Source of the DNA: Candidatus Dojkabacteria bacterium
Lineage (GTDB): Bacteria; Patescibacteriota; Dojkabacteria; B142; WJKM01
Length of the DNA: 36,329 nt
Reading direction: 5' to 3'
Assembly: GCA_020429465.1 (NCBI GenBank)
Contig: JAGQLH010000002.1
Span: 1 to 36,329 of the forward strand
Position 1 is the first letter of the stretch; each line of letters opens with the position of its first letter. Under the pieces are notes generated by a model. The model was given only the letters and a program-made list of their open reading frames with translations, was not told the origin of the DNA and ran no database searches. Below are positions 26,607 to 35,519 of the stretch, in pieces. The translations under genes were made by a program, and so were the position numbers.

Positions 26607-27566
26607 ATGAATGCGCGATTATTTTCCCGGATAAGTATCGGTGAAAAGATTCTTATAGGACTTTCTGTGGTGTACATCATCATAATGCTTTTCACCTTAA
26701 ACTTAGGAAGAAATAGTAATTTAGTTGTTCGTTCATTTAAACAAATTGAAGAAGAAGAGCGTTATCTGTTTATTCTTGAAGAAATCTATAACGAAAATCT
26801 TTTCACACTTAGACATTTTAACGACTATATTCACACACGAAGTAGAGACTCCTTTGTTCAATATGAACAACATAGACGAATAGTTGATGTACAACTAACT
26901 GCACTTCAGGGGATAAGTAGTGTTTATACATTCAATACTTCATATGAATCCTTACTTTTACTAGATTCACTTGATGAACTGAGAGAATTTGAAGATTTTC
27001 TTTTAGATAATGTTTCCAACGGAAGGTTTGGAATGAATATCGTTTTGTATGATTCGCAATATGTTTCACTTGTGGATGATGTAGATCGTATTCTGATCCG
27101 TTTGTTAGAACAACGTAGGTCACTGTTACAAACTCTGAAACAAACGAATTCTGAACATGTTCAGTACTTCCAAGGATCGAGAATCGGTATTTTACTAGCT
27201 ACTCCTATTTTCACCATAATAGTTCTTCTTTTTATTTCAAATACAGTAAGTACACCTATTAAAAAGCTTGAACAGACAGCAGCTGAATTTGCCAAAGGTA
27301 ATTTTTCGAAACGAGTGGATATAGAAACTGGTGATGAAATTGGAAAATTGGCAAAGGTGTTTAATGATATGGCAAAAAATTTACAAACGAGGACAAAAGA
27401 GTTAGAACAAAGTAAAAAAGACTTAGAGCAAGAAGTTAGGAAAAGAACACGAGAATTAAATAAACAAGTAGATGAGTTAGAGCGGATCACAAATATAATG
27501 GTTGATAGGGAACTCAAGATGGTTCAGCTTAAAAAAGAACTTTCAAATATAAAATCAAAAAAATAA
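26607..27566 (+). CDS. Membrane sensor protein: 2 TM, helical ectodomain, HAMP and coiled coil, with no output domain
   Basis: TM1 ILIGLSVVYIIIMLFTL and TM2 IGILLATPIFTIIVLLFI. HAMP PIKKLEQTAAEFAKGNFSKRVDIETGDEIGKLAKVFNDMAKNL. Coiled coil ending ...MVDRELKMVQLKKEL. Confidence 0.8.
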   Translation: MNARLFSRISIGEKILIGLSVVYIIIMLFTLNLGRNSNLVVRSFKQIEEEERYLFILEEIYNENLFTLRHFNDYIHTRSRDSFVQYEQHRRIVDVQLTALQGISSVYTFNTSYESLLLLDSLDELREFEDFLLDNVSNGRFGMNIVLYDSQYVSLVDDVDRILIRLLEQRRSLLQTLKQTNSEHVQYFQGSRIGILLATPIFTIIVLLFISNTVSTPIKKLEQTAAEFAKGNFSKRVDIETGDEIGKLAKVFNDMAKNLQTRTKELEQSKKDLEQEVRKRTRELNKQVDELERITNIMVDRELKMVQLKKELSNIKSKK

Positions 27567-27567
27567 A

Positions 27568-29430
27568 ATGACCAGAAAGAGTGAACTTAAAAAAAGCTTA
27601 GAAGATTTCTTCTATTCAGGTGAGATGCGGACATACGAGACAGATCGCACACAGAGGCTAGCACTAGTTAATACATTTCTTACAGTTGGTCTATTCGGTT
27701 TACTTTATTTAGGTATTGCGAACATACTACGTGAGGGATATTGGCAGGGGATTGTGGAGGTATCCGCAGCATTGGTAAGTATGGTATCTATCGTATTATT
27801 GAGAAAAACGAAGGAAATAGAAACAATTGCTTTTATAGAGACAGCAAAGATCTTTGTAATAGTGCTTTATCTTTTCATAACAGGAAGTGTAGGTAATACA
27901 GGATTATTATGGCAACCATTTTTCCCAATTGTTGCCTTTGGTTTGAATAGGAGGAGAAATGGTGTGATATGGATATTTACTTACTTTGTAGCTATGGCTA
28001 CGATGTGGGTACTCAATACTAACCTTAATTTATGGACATCATATTCAACAATTCAATTAAGTCGGACAATGCTTGGGGTGGTTTTTATGACATTCTTTAT
28101 ATACATATATGAGTCAATTATGTCCGAGGATTTAAAATATATAAGAACCAAGAATAATCAATTGAGCAAAGCAAACAAAGAACTCCGGGGTCATATTGAT
28201 AAAGTAGATGAAGCAAAAAAAGAGCTAAAACACGTAGTAAAGGAGCTAAAAGACAAAAACAAACAATTAGAAGAAATAAAATCTGCAATGTTGAATGTTT
28301 TGGAGGACATAGAAGATGAGAAAGAATTCACAGCCGAGGAAAGAAATAAACTCGAGACTATTATAGAGAGTATTGGGGACGCAGTGTTTGTAGTAGATAG
28401 TAATCGAAACATTATTCTAGTAAACAATATTACTGAAGAGATGACACAATATTCTAAAAGAGACCTAATTGGGAAGAAATATAGTAAACATCTCAGATTT
28501 TTACATGAGAAGGATGATACAGATGCCAGTAGTTTTATCGAAGAGGTATTTGAATTAGGAAATGTAATTTCTATGCCAGAAGATACAGTCCTTGTTAGAA
28601 AAGATGGTACGAAGCTTGCTGTAAACGATTCAGCATCACCTGTCTTTAGTGAATCTGGGGATATCATAGGGTGTGTTGTAGTATTTAGAGATACAAGTCA
28701 GGAGCGTGAAATAGATAGGATGAAATCAGAATTCGTTTCAGTTGCATCTCATCAGCTCAAAACTCCACTTACAGGAATAAAGTGGGTGGTTGAATCGTTA
28801 TTGGATGATAAATCAGAACTAACTGATGAAAACAAAGCGCTAGTTCTAGAAATATTCAAAAGTAATGAAAGAATGATTGATCTAGTAAATGATTTATTAA
28901 ATGTTTCAAGGATTGAATCGGGTGATAAATTCATACTTGATGCTAAAGAGAATGATATTATCTCAATAATTAAGCAAGTCATCAAAGATCAATCAGCATT
29001 TGCGGCAAAGGAGAATGTTATTATCACCCTTGATGAAGATATACCTGAAGCCTTAGTTGTTTCTGTTGATAAAGATAAGATTTTACAATTATTCAACAAT
29101 TTAATCAGTAACGCTGTTAAATATGCAAAGGATGAAGGCTCTGTAAAGGTAGGAGTTGATAATACACATGAGAAAAATATTGTAATTACTGTACAAGATG
29201 ATGGAATTGGAATCCCCAGAAATCAAAGGAAACGTATATTTGAAAAATTCTTCAGGGCTGATAATGTGTATAAAAGTGAGTCAGAAGGTACAGGGCTGGG
29301 ATTATATATTTCTCGTGCAATAGCAGAGGCGCATGGAGGTGATATTTGGTTCAAATCAAATGAAGATAAAGGTTCAATTTTTTATATATCACTTCCAAAA
29401 ATTCTTGCAGTGAAAAAGGAAAACAAGTAG
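27568..29430 (+). CDS. Sensor histidine kinase: ~6-TM N-domain, coiled coil, PAS, HisKA and HATPase_c
   Basis: H-box SEFVSVASHQLKTPLT, N-box LISNAVKYA, G1 VQDDGIGIP, G2 GTGLGLYISRAIAEAHGG. PAS-like segment LETIIESIGDAVFVVDSNRNIILVN. Confidence 0.9.
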   Translation: MTRKSELKKSLEDFFYSGEMRTYETDRTQRLALVNTFLTVGLFGLLYLGIANILREGYWQGIVEVSAALVSMVSIVLLRKTKEIETIAFIETAKIFVIVLYLFITGSVGNTGLLWQPFFPIVAFGLNRRRNGVIWIFTYFVAMATMWVLNTNLNLWTSYSTIQLSRTMLGVVFMTFFIYIYESIMSEDLKYIRTKNNQLSKANKELRGHIDKVDEAKKELKHVVKELKDKNKQLEEIKSAMLNVLEDIEDEKEFTAEERNKLETIIESIGDAVFVVDSNRNIILVNNITEEMTQYSKRDLIGKKYSKHLRFLHEKDDTDASSFIEEVFELGNVISMPEDTVLVRKDGTKLAVNDSASPVFSESGDIIGCVVVFRDTSQEREIDRMKSEFVSVASHQLKTPLTGIKWVVESLLDDKSELTDENKALVLEIFKSNERMIDLVNDLLNVSRIESGDKFILDAKENDIISIIKQVIKDQSAFAAKENVIITLDEDIPEALVVSVDKDKILQLFNNLISNAVKYAKDEGSVKVGVDNTHEKNIVITVQDDGIGIPRNQRKRIFEKFFRADNVYKSESEGTGLGLYISRAIAEAHGGDIWFKSNEDKGSIFYISLPKILAVKKENK

Positions 29431-29460
29431 CATGTAACTATTATATTTGTAACGTAAGCT

Positions 29461-29838
29461 ATGCAGCGTAAAAAAGTTCTAATAGTTGAAGATGAACCGT
29501 TGTTGTCGAAAATGCTAGAAGAGGGCCTTGTTTCTAGCGGGTTCGATGTGTTGACTGCTGAAAACGGAGAAGAAGGGTTCGAAGTTGCTAAAGAAAAACA
29601 GCCGGACATAGTTTTATTAGATATTGTAATGCCTAAAATGGATGGGCTTACAGTAATGAAAAAGTTAAAACGAGAAGCTTCTACACATACAATGCCAGTA
29701 ATTATTCTCACTAATCTGGAGCCTAATGATGAAGCGATTGATAGAATTGCAAAGGATAATCCAGCATACTACCTTACTAAGTCTAATACTGAAGTTTCCG
29801 AAATAGTAGAAAAGGTAAAAGAGGTGCTTGAGGTATAA
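29461..29838 (+). CDS. Stand-alone response-regulator receiver (CheY-like, no output domain)
   Basis: KVLIVEDEPLL, phospho-acceptor context DIVLLDIVMPKMDG, VIILTN, YYLTKS. Confidence 0.9.
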   Translation: MQRKKVLIVEDEPLLSKMLEEGLVSSGFDVLTAENGEEGFEVAKEKQPDIVLLDIVMPKMDGLTVMKKLKREASTHTMPVIILTNLEPNDEAIDRIAKDNPAYYLTKSNTEVSEIVEKVKEVLEV

Positions 29839-29872
29839 TAATCTCGATCACTTATCAATATAATTACTCACT

Positions 29873-31093
29873 ATGCATTCACATTCTCACACTCATAGTC
29901 ATGGATCATCTTCAAGTCATGGTTCCCTCGAATTTGTTACAAAAATAATTGTAGGTATCATTGGGTTTAGTATTCTTACCTTTTTATTTATTCTTGCAAC
30001 TAATACGTCAGTATTGGTTGGGCTATTAGGTGGGTTCGTTGATGATTCTGAAGTAATCGAGCGTACCTATCACATAGGGGTTGTAAAGACTATTCAACAA
30101 CCAGTTGAAGAAATCGTGGATAATTCATTCCCACAGGATATACCTGTGGAAATTACATTAGAGAATGCTAGTACCGATAATTCAGAAATTATCGCAATGG
30201 TAAATCAGGCTGATAGAGCATTTGTTAGGCCCGATGGCGAAATTCTTTTACACCCTGGAGATGATGTTGTTGTTCTACAAATAGGTGATGGGGACTATGT
30301 GAATTTTTTCGTGGCTGATCATGCTCGTATCCAATCCGCAATTTTTGCAATTATCATATTTTTTCTTGTAGCTGCAGTATTTGCAGGGTACCAGGGCATC
30401 TCTTCTTTCATTGGTTTAATTGTGAGTATTCTTATCCTTGTACTGTATATTGTTCCTCAAATTTTAGGAGGAGGAAATCCTATGTTTGTTAGTTTAATTG
30501 GATCGTTGGGGATAGTAGTTCCATCAATGTATTTTGCACATGGTTTTTCAAAACGGACGACTATTGCACTTGTTAGTACATTAGCAGTAATAGTATTGAC
30601 GGTGATTTTGGCGTGGATTTTTGTTTATATGACTGGGCTTCAAGGACTCGGTAGTGAAGAGGTTATCTATATTGACTCTTTTAGTACAGAGCCCATAAAT
30701 CTCAAAGGACTTTTACTGGGAGGAATTATAATAGGAACGCTTGGTGTTCTAGATGATATAACGACTGCTCAAACTGCGGTGGTAGATGAACTTTCAAAAG
30801 CAAATAAAAGATTAACCATGAAGGAATTGTATATCAGGGCTAGTTCCGTTGGGAAGGAGCATATTTCTTCATTGATTAATACTCTCGTACTTGCGTATGC
30901 AGGGGCTGCATTTCCAATATTTATTTTGTTGGTAGCAAATCAAGGAGAGCCACTCTGGGTTATTTTGAACCGTGAATTTATTATCGAAGAGTTAGTACGT
31001 ACAATTGTTGGGAGCACAACGCTAATCCTTACAGTTCCAATAACGACACTCTTAGCAGCGACAATTTATGCTCCAAAAAAGGAGATTAGTTAG
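29873..31093 (+). CDS. YibE/F-family polytopic membrane protein with a His-rich N-terminus
   Basis: N-terminus MHSHSHTHSHGSSSSHGS. One TM, an ectodomain, then about 7 TM helices with LLGGIIIGTLGVLDDITTAQ, which resembles the YibE/F signature as I recall it. Confidence 0.65.
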   Translation: MHSHSHTHSHGSSSSHGSLEFVTKIIVGIIGFSILTFLFILATNTSVLVGLLGGFVDDSEVIERTYHIGVVKTIQQPVEEIVDNSFPQDIPVEITLENASTDNSEIIAMVNQADRAFVRPDGEILLHPGDDVVVLQIGDGDYVNFFVADHARIQSAIFAIIIFFLVAAVFAGYQGISSFIGLIVSILILVLYIVPQILGGGNPMFVSLIGSLGIVVPSMYFAHGFSKRTTIALVSTLAVIVLTVILAWIFVYMTGLQGLGSEEVIYIDSFSTEPINLKGLLLGGIIIGTLGVLDDITTAQTAVVDELSKANKRLTMKELYIRASSVGKEHISSLINTLVLAYAGAAFPIFILLVANQGEPLWVILNREFIIEELVRTIVGSTTLILTVPITTLLAATIYAPKKEIS

Positions 31094-31338
31094 ACAAGCC
31101 ACTCTGCGCTTGTCTCTTCAGACGAAACTTTAGCATCTTTGTAGTTTTTACCTGTTGCGTATACAACTCTTCGTTTCGATTGTTCATCAAGTTCAAGAGA
31201 GAGGCTTTTAGTACGAACAAATTGGGAGACTAAGGCGTTTACAACTCCACTGAGTGACATACCTAGTTCTTTGGCAATTAATTGTGCTTGTTTTTTTGTC
31301 TGTTCTTCAATTTTAACGTTGAGTACTGTTTTTGCCAT
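31090..31338 (-). CDS. RelB/DinJ-family (ribbon-helix-helix) type II antitoxin, with no adjacent toxin
   Basis: MAKTVLNVKIEEQTKKQAQLIAKELGMSLSGVVNALVSQFVRTKSLSLEL matches the DinJ N-terminal pattern. Its 3' end overlaps the convergent YibE/F gene by 4 nt. Confidence 0.75.
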   Translation of the reverse strand: MAKTVLNVKIEEQTKKQAQLIAKELGMSLSGVVNALVSQFVRTKSLSLELDEQSKRRVVYATGKNYKDAKVSSEETSAEWLV

Positions 31339-31367
31339 GTGAGAGTATAAAGAAGTAATTTAGAAGT

Positions 31368-31409
31368 TATACACATTTTATACACAACGTGTACTATCTG
31401 TGTAGTGTA
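31368..31409 (-). promoter_or_regulatory. Cluster of TACAC/GTGTA direct and inverted repeats upstream of the antitoxin gene; putative autoregulatory operator
   Basis: TATACACA at 31368..31375 and 31379..31386; palindrome TACACaacGTGTA at 31381..31393; further GTGTA at 31400..31404 and 31405..31409. Confidence 0.45.
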
Positions 31410-31432
31410 ATTTAACCGAAAGGGGATAGTTA

Positions 31433-34369
31433 TTACGGCATAAATTCAAATATAGCAATACTTCCATTCGATACAATAGTACCAGTCATCCCTCTAGAGG
31501 CAGTGGTGATTCCGTTTGATGATTGAATTTGATATACCCCATCCTCATCTTCAACAAGTCGATCTGTTGCAACAAGACGAAGTTTTGAGTTTTGTTGCAT
31601 GAATGCTTCCATTTTATTCATCTTCTTGGTAAGTGTTTGTTCTTCGGTTCGATCGAGCGAGTTTGTGTTTAGATCAACTACTAAGTAATTAAACCCAGAG
31701 TTGTGCAATTTAATAGCAAGCTCTTCATGTGAATCACTCTTTGTATAAAGTTTATTGAATGTGTCGAGCTGATTGTCATTGAAAACACGTTTATTATTAT
31801 CGTGAATGAAATAATTCATTAATGTCCCTACTTTATAAACATTTGTATCGAGGTTTTGATTGATTTCATCATATCCATCAGCATAGGCAAAGTTTATATC
31901 ACGTAATGTATCCTCGACAGATTGTGGACGAGTCATATATGATGCAATGGTTGGAACAAATAGGTTTTCGTCTCCAGGTGATTTAGGTGTAAAGAAGCTA
32001 AAAAATGCAATAAATATGTAGCAACCAATAACGAAATTTCCGACTTTGTGCCCGATGCGAGCCCAGGTAGATGTGGGTGATTCTATAGTAATTTTTTCTA
32101 ATACTATGACCAAGAATAAATAGAGCAGGATAAATCCAATGAGACCATACCAATAGATCCCTGTTCCAATAAAGAGCCAGATGAGAAGATAGAGAATTGT
32201 TCCCCCACTCAGGAGCTGAAGTTCTTCATGTTCTCTGAATATCTTTGTAGTAAAGTAAAGAGAAACTACCGAAGTAATAAGTACTAGTGCTACCCCAAAT
32301 GATTCTCCTAGGAAACTATATGCGGTAAGGAGTATCCCCCAGACTGGATTTAGAATAAGTAGGGGGTAGTAGGCTATTCGGTAGAGTACTGTTTGTTCGG
32401 ACCGAGATATAAATTCATCTGTGTAGCACGAAAAGCTTAGTTGAGAGCAAAGGTCTGCATCTAACGTCGAGAGGATTGATGGGACCAAGAGTAAGATAAA
32501 GAAACTAGAAATAGAAATAGCCGCTAACCGGGGGTGCCGTTTATACAGTAATATGAATGAAATAATTGGAAGCAGGCTAAGCAGTAATGGACCGATATCT
32601 GCAATTGCACTACTAACATTTGTATTCATAATTACATCGTATGGAAGGGAAAGTATTCTAAGTGCACCTTCTTCATATCCGATGTATCGTGTTACTGCTT
32701 CTGTCACTCCTGTCGTTGCTACTGATTGTTCGCCAACATTGTTCGTTGGTGATACTTGTTCTACTCCGATCTCTTCGAGTGAAATTTTTTGCTGAGATAA
32801 TTTATTAATTTCGAGTCTAGGAGATTCTGTGGTACCTCGCAATAGGGTACTTATTTCTATGTTGTTAGTTGATTGAGTCAAATGAAATAAAATCCAAGGA
32901 GAAAATCCAATTATAAGGGAAGTCCCGAAAAGTAATAATGAAGTTACGAAGTTTCGAGTATTACTTTTATTGCTATTTAATTTCAAATAACGTAGTGCAG
33001 AATAAATTGTAAGTAGAGTAGAAATGCTTAATACTACCCATGGAGCAGGAATAGACAATGGAACACCTGGTAGTTCACTATGCGCGAATAAGGTTATAGA
33101 AGCTAGACTTGCTAGAATAATACAAAAACTAGAGAATGCAATACTTAACCATTGCTTCCCAAAATAATAAGCAATACTTGTAGCTATCAAAACAATAAAA
33201 ATAGTGCTAGTGTACTTTACTCCAAAAAGAAAGCCACAAAGTATTCCAAGTATTATAATGATTGCCTTTGTTGAAATATTCTGTGAGTCGTTCTGTGGGA
33301 ATATCCATGAAAAAGTGAGTGAAAGCACGGTAAAAGAGAGAAATAGCAACCCTAAGTCTATTTTCATATCACGTGAGAGCATGAAAATAATAGAAGGAAG
33401 CAGTACGAGTAATACAAGCAATAATTTCACATAGCTTTCTGAGAGATATCGTTTTGAAAATGAAGCAATTACACCCAATGCAAGTACTCCACCAAGCCAT
33501 GATAGCCCCATGACAACCTCAATACTATTGAAAAGCAATGTCCCCAGTGACATAAATAATGACCAATTATAAGCATCTATACCTTGGACTAAAGTACCTT
33601 GTCGAGCAATTAAATTTGGAATATTTACATATAAATTAGACGCATCCCAACCAATAGGGAACGGTTTAATTTGGTGCATCAGACTAAGAAGTATAGCTAA
33701 GCTTATAATCCAGACAAAACCGAGATCTTTTAAGGTAATTTCTGATGAAACAGTGTGTTTCTTTAAAAGCGTTAATACGAGAAATCCTTTTACATGACGA
33801 TACCCCAGGAGTAGGAGTGTCAAACAGAGGATCCAGACTGGTATTGGTGACAGTAACGAAGTGGTACCAAGTAGAAAAAGTCCGGTTGTCAGCACTACAA
33901 TTCCAAAAGCAATTTTAGTGTAGAACCCATTTGCAAGAGACCCAATCCATTTTTGCAGTGAATTTTCTACAAACGCACCGATTGTATAGCAGACACCAAC
34001 TATGAAATATAATTGGAACGAGAGTATTAAAAACTTAAACAAGAAATAGCTTATACCTGAGAAATATCCGATGTCAGTAAATACAGAGTTCGAAAGACCA
34101 TATACGCTCATTAGTGTAAATACAAAGATGATTGCATACAGTATGACTTGCCACCCATAGAACGAAAAGTGATTATTAGATTGGGGGAGTTTTCGTATAA
34201 AGAAATAGGTAATAAGAGTTACGCCAAACGTCGTTAACGCAACAAAAGCAAATGGAAAATCCCACAATGCGCGTTCATAAGTGGGATGCTGTAAGAAATA
34301 TTCACTTAAGGTAAGTGCTAACCATAGAGTTGCAATGGTACCAAATATTCCAGATAAAAGTTTTTTCAT
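31433..34369 (-). CDS. Very large (978 aa) polytopic membrane protein with more than 20 TM helices and a ~180-aa C-terminal soluble domain; putative GT-C-type glycosyltransferase
   Basis: Almost continuous hydrophobic helices to about aa 790, then a hydrophilic C-domain. The function is inferred from size, topology and the divergently adjacent GT2/DUF2304 pair. No catalytic motif was confidently identified. Confidence 0.8.
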   Translation of the reverse strand: MKKLLSGIFGTIATLWLALTLSEYFLQHPTYERALWDFPFAFVALTTFGVTLITYFFIRKLPQSNNHFSFYGWQVILYAIIFVFTLMSVYGLSNSVFTDIGYFSGISYFLFKFLILSFQLYFIVGVCYTIGAFVENSLQKWIGSLANGFYTKIAFGIVVLTTGLFLLGTTSLLSPIPVWILCLTLLLLGYRHVKGFLVLTLLKKHTVSSEITLKDLGFVWIISLAILLSLMHQIKPFPIGWDASNLYVNIPNLIARQGTLVQGIDAYNWSLFMSLGTLLFNSIEVVMGLSWLGGVLALGVIASFSKRYLSESYVKLLLVLLVLLPSIIFMLSRDMKIDLGLLFLSFTVLSLTFSWIFPQNDSQNISTKAIIIILGILCGFLFGVKYTSTIFIVLIATSIAYYFGKQWLSIAFSSFCIILASLASITLFAHSELPGVPLSIPAPWVVLSISTLLTIYSALRYLKLNSNKSNTRNFVTSLLLFGTSLIIGFSPWILFHLTQSTNNIEISTLLRGTTESPRLEINKLSQQKISLEEIGVEQVSPTNNVGEQSVATTGVTEAVTRYIGYEEGALRILSLPYDVIMNTNVSSAIADIGPLLLSLLPIISFILLYKRHPRLAAISISSFFILLLVPSILSTLDADLCSQLSFSCYTDEFISRSEQTVLYRIAYYPLLILNPVWGILLTAYSFLGESFGVALVLITSVVSLYFTTKIFREHEELQLLSGGTILYLLIWLFIGTGIYWYGLIGFILLYLFLVIVLEKITIESPTSTWARIGHKVGNFVIGCYIFIAFFSFFTPKSPGDENLFVPTIASYMTRPQSVEDTLRDINFAYADGYDEINQNLDTNVYKVGTLMNYFIHDNNKRVFNDNQLDTFNKLYTKSDSHEELAIKLHNSGFNYLVVDLNTNSLDRTEEQTLTKKMNKMEAFMQQNSKLRLVATDRLVEDEDGVYQIQSSNGITTASRGMTGTIVSNGSIAIFEFMP

Positions 34370-34495
34370 ATCGATCGAGAGCTTAATAACGGAACCTGTT
34401 CAATTGTATCAAAAACCGTACGATCAACTGAGCATTTCTTTGGTATTTACTGTATTCGCAGTATAATAGTGCATAACTAATATTTGTAGTTTCGA

Positions 34496-35182
34496 ATGGT
34501 GGATACCTCAAAAGTTTGGATTATTATTCCAGCATTGAATGAAGAACGGTACATCGGTGATGTTATTACTGCAGTTCAAGCAGAAGGGTACAGTAATATT
34601 GTTGTGATAAATGATGGATCAACTGATAATACGGCAAACATTGCCAAAGAAAATGGGGCGATAGTAGTATCTCATTCTATTAATCGTGGTCCTGGAGCAG
34701 CTACCCAAACGGGATTGGATTATGTTACATCAAGGGAGGGTGGTATGGCAATCACACTTGATGCGGATGGGCAACATAATCCTGCTGACATTCACAAACT
34801 TGTTGATGCTCTCAAAAAATTTAAATCGGATATTATCATCGGAAGTAGGTTTTTGGGAGAAAATTCTCATATACCAACTATTCGTCGGATATTTAATTTA
34901 GTAGCAAATATAGTAACATTTGTACTATCTTCAAGGTGGGTAAGTGATAGTCAGTCAGGGATGAAGGCATTTTCAGAGCGAGCGCGTAAGTTGTTGTCTA
35001 TAGAAACAAATGGGTATGAGTTCTGCACAGAGATATTTATGGAATGTAAGGAACATAATTTAACCATCACAGAAGTTCCGATCTCAGTGACGTATACAAA
35101 GGAATCAATGAATAAAGGTCAAAATTTCGCTACTGGTTTGCAAACAGTAGGTAAATTATTTCTTCAAGCATTATCTAAATGA
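34496..35182 (+). CDS. GT2-family polyprenyl-phosphate glycosyltransferase (DPM1/GtrB/ArnC-like)
   Basis: WIIIPALNEERYIGDVI, VVINDGSTDNTA, LDADGQHNPADI (DxD), IIIGSRF. Confidence 0.85.
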   Translation: MVDTSKVWIIIPALNEERYIGDVITAVQAEGYSNIVVINDGSTDNTANIAKENGAIVVSHSINRGPGAATQTGLDYVTSREGGMAITLDADGQHNPADIHKLVDALKKFKSDIIIGSRFLGENSHIPTIRRIFNLVANIVTFVLSSRWVSDSQSGMKAFSERARKLLSIETNGYEFCTEIFMECKEHNLTITEVPISVTYTKESMNKGQNFATGLQTVGKLFLQALSK

Positions 35183-35514
35183 GTCTTGCTTTATACCAAA
35201 TTATTGTCCCCTGTATAGCGGGCGTATTTATTCTAAGGGCATTTTCAAATTTCATTAGGCATAGAAGAACTATTAGGGAATTAGTAGCTGTTTCTGGTTT
35301 TTGGTCAGGATTGGCGGCATTCTCGATTTTCCCTGATGCACTCGCTGAGCTTGCACAATTTATTGGAATAAAAGACTATATTAATGGGATTACATTTTTC
35401 TCTTTAGGATTGTTATTCTACGCAGTTTTCAAAATACTATTAGCACTTTATAGAAATGAGAAACAAATTACAAGGCTAGTGCGTAAAGAGGCATTGGCAA
35501 AGGTTAAAGAGTGA
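35179..35514 (+). CDS. DUF2304-like small membrane protein, commonly paired with GT2 enzymes
   Basis: 111 aa with about 3 TM helices and a C-terminal amphipathic helix NEKQITRLVRKEALAK. ATGA overlap with the GT2 gene. Confidence 0.7.
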   Translation: MSLALYQIIVPCIAGVFILRAFSNFIRHRRTIRELVAVSGFWSGLAAFSIFPDALAELAQFIGIKDYINGITFFSLGLLFYAVFKILLALYRNEKQITRLVRKEALAKVKE

Positions 35515-35519
35515 TGTTA

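Noticed and set aside
28191-28667. 158-aa Ser/Phe-rich minus-strand ORF inside the histidine kinase gene
   Set aside because: It lies antisense to the GAA/AAA-rich coiled-coil and PAS coding region. The kinase frame carries all canonical motifs.
26607-29430. Calling the HAMP sensor plus kinase a single frameshifted pseudogene
   Set aside because: Both ORFs have their own ATG, and the kinase has a complete membrane N-domain of its own. A fused HAMP-6TM-PAS-HK architecture would be atypical. It is kept only as a low-priority check of the A7 tract.
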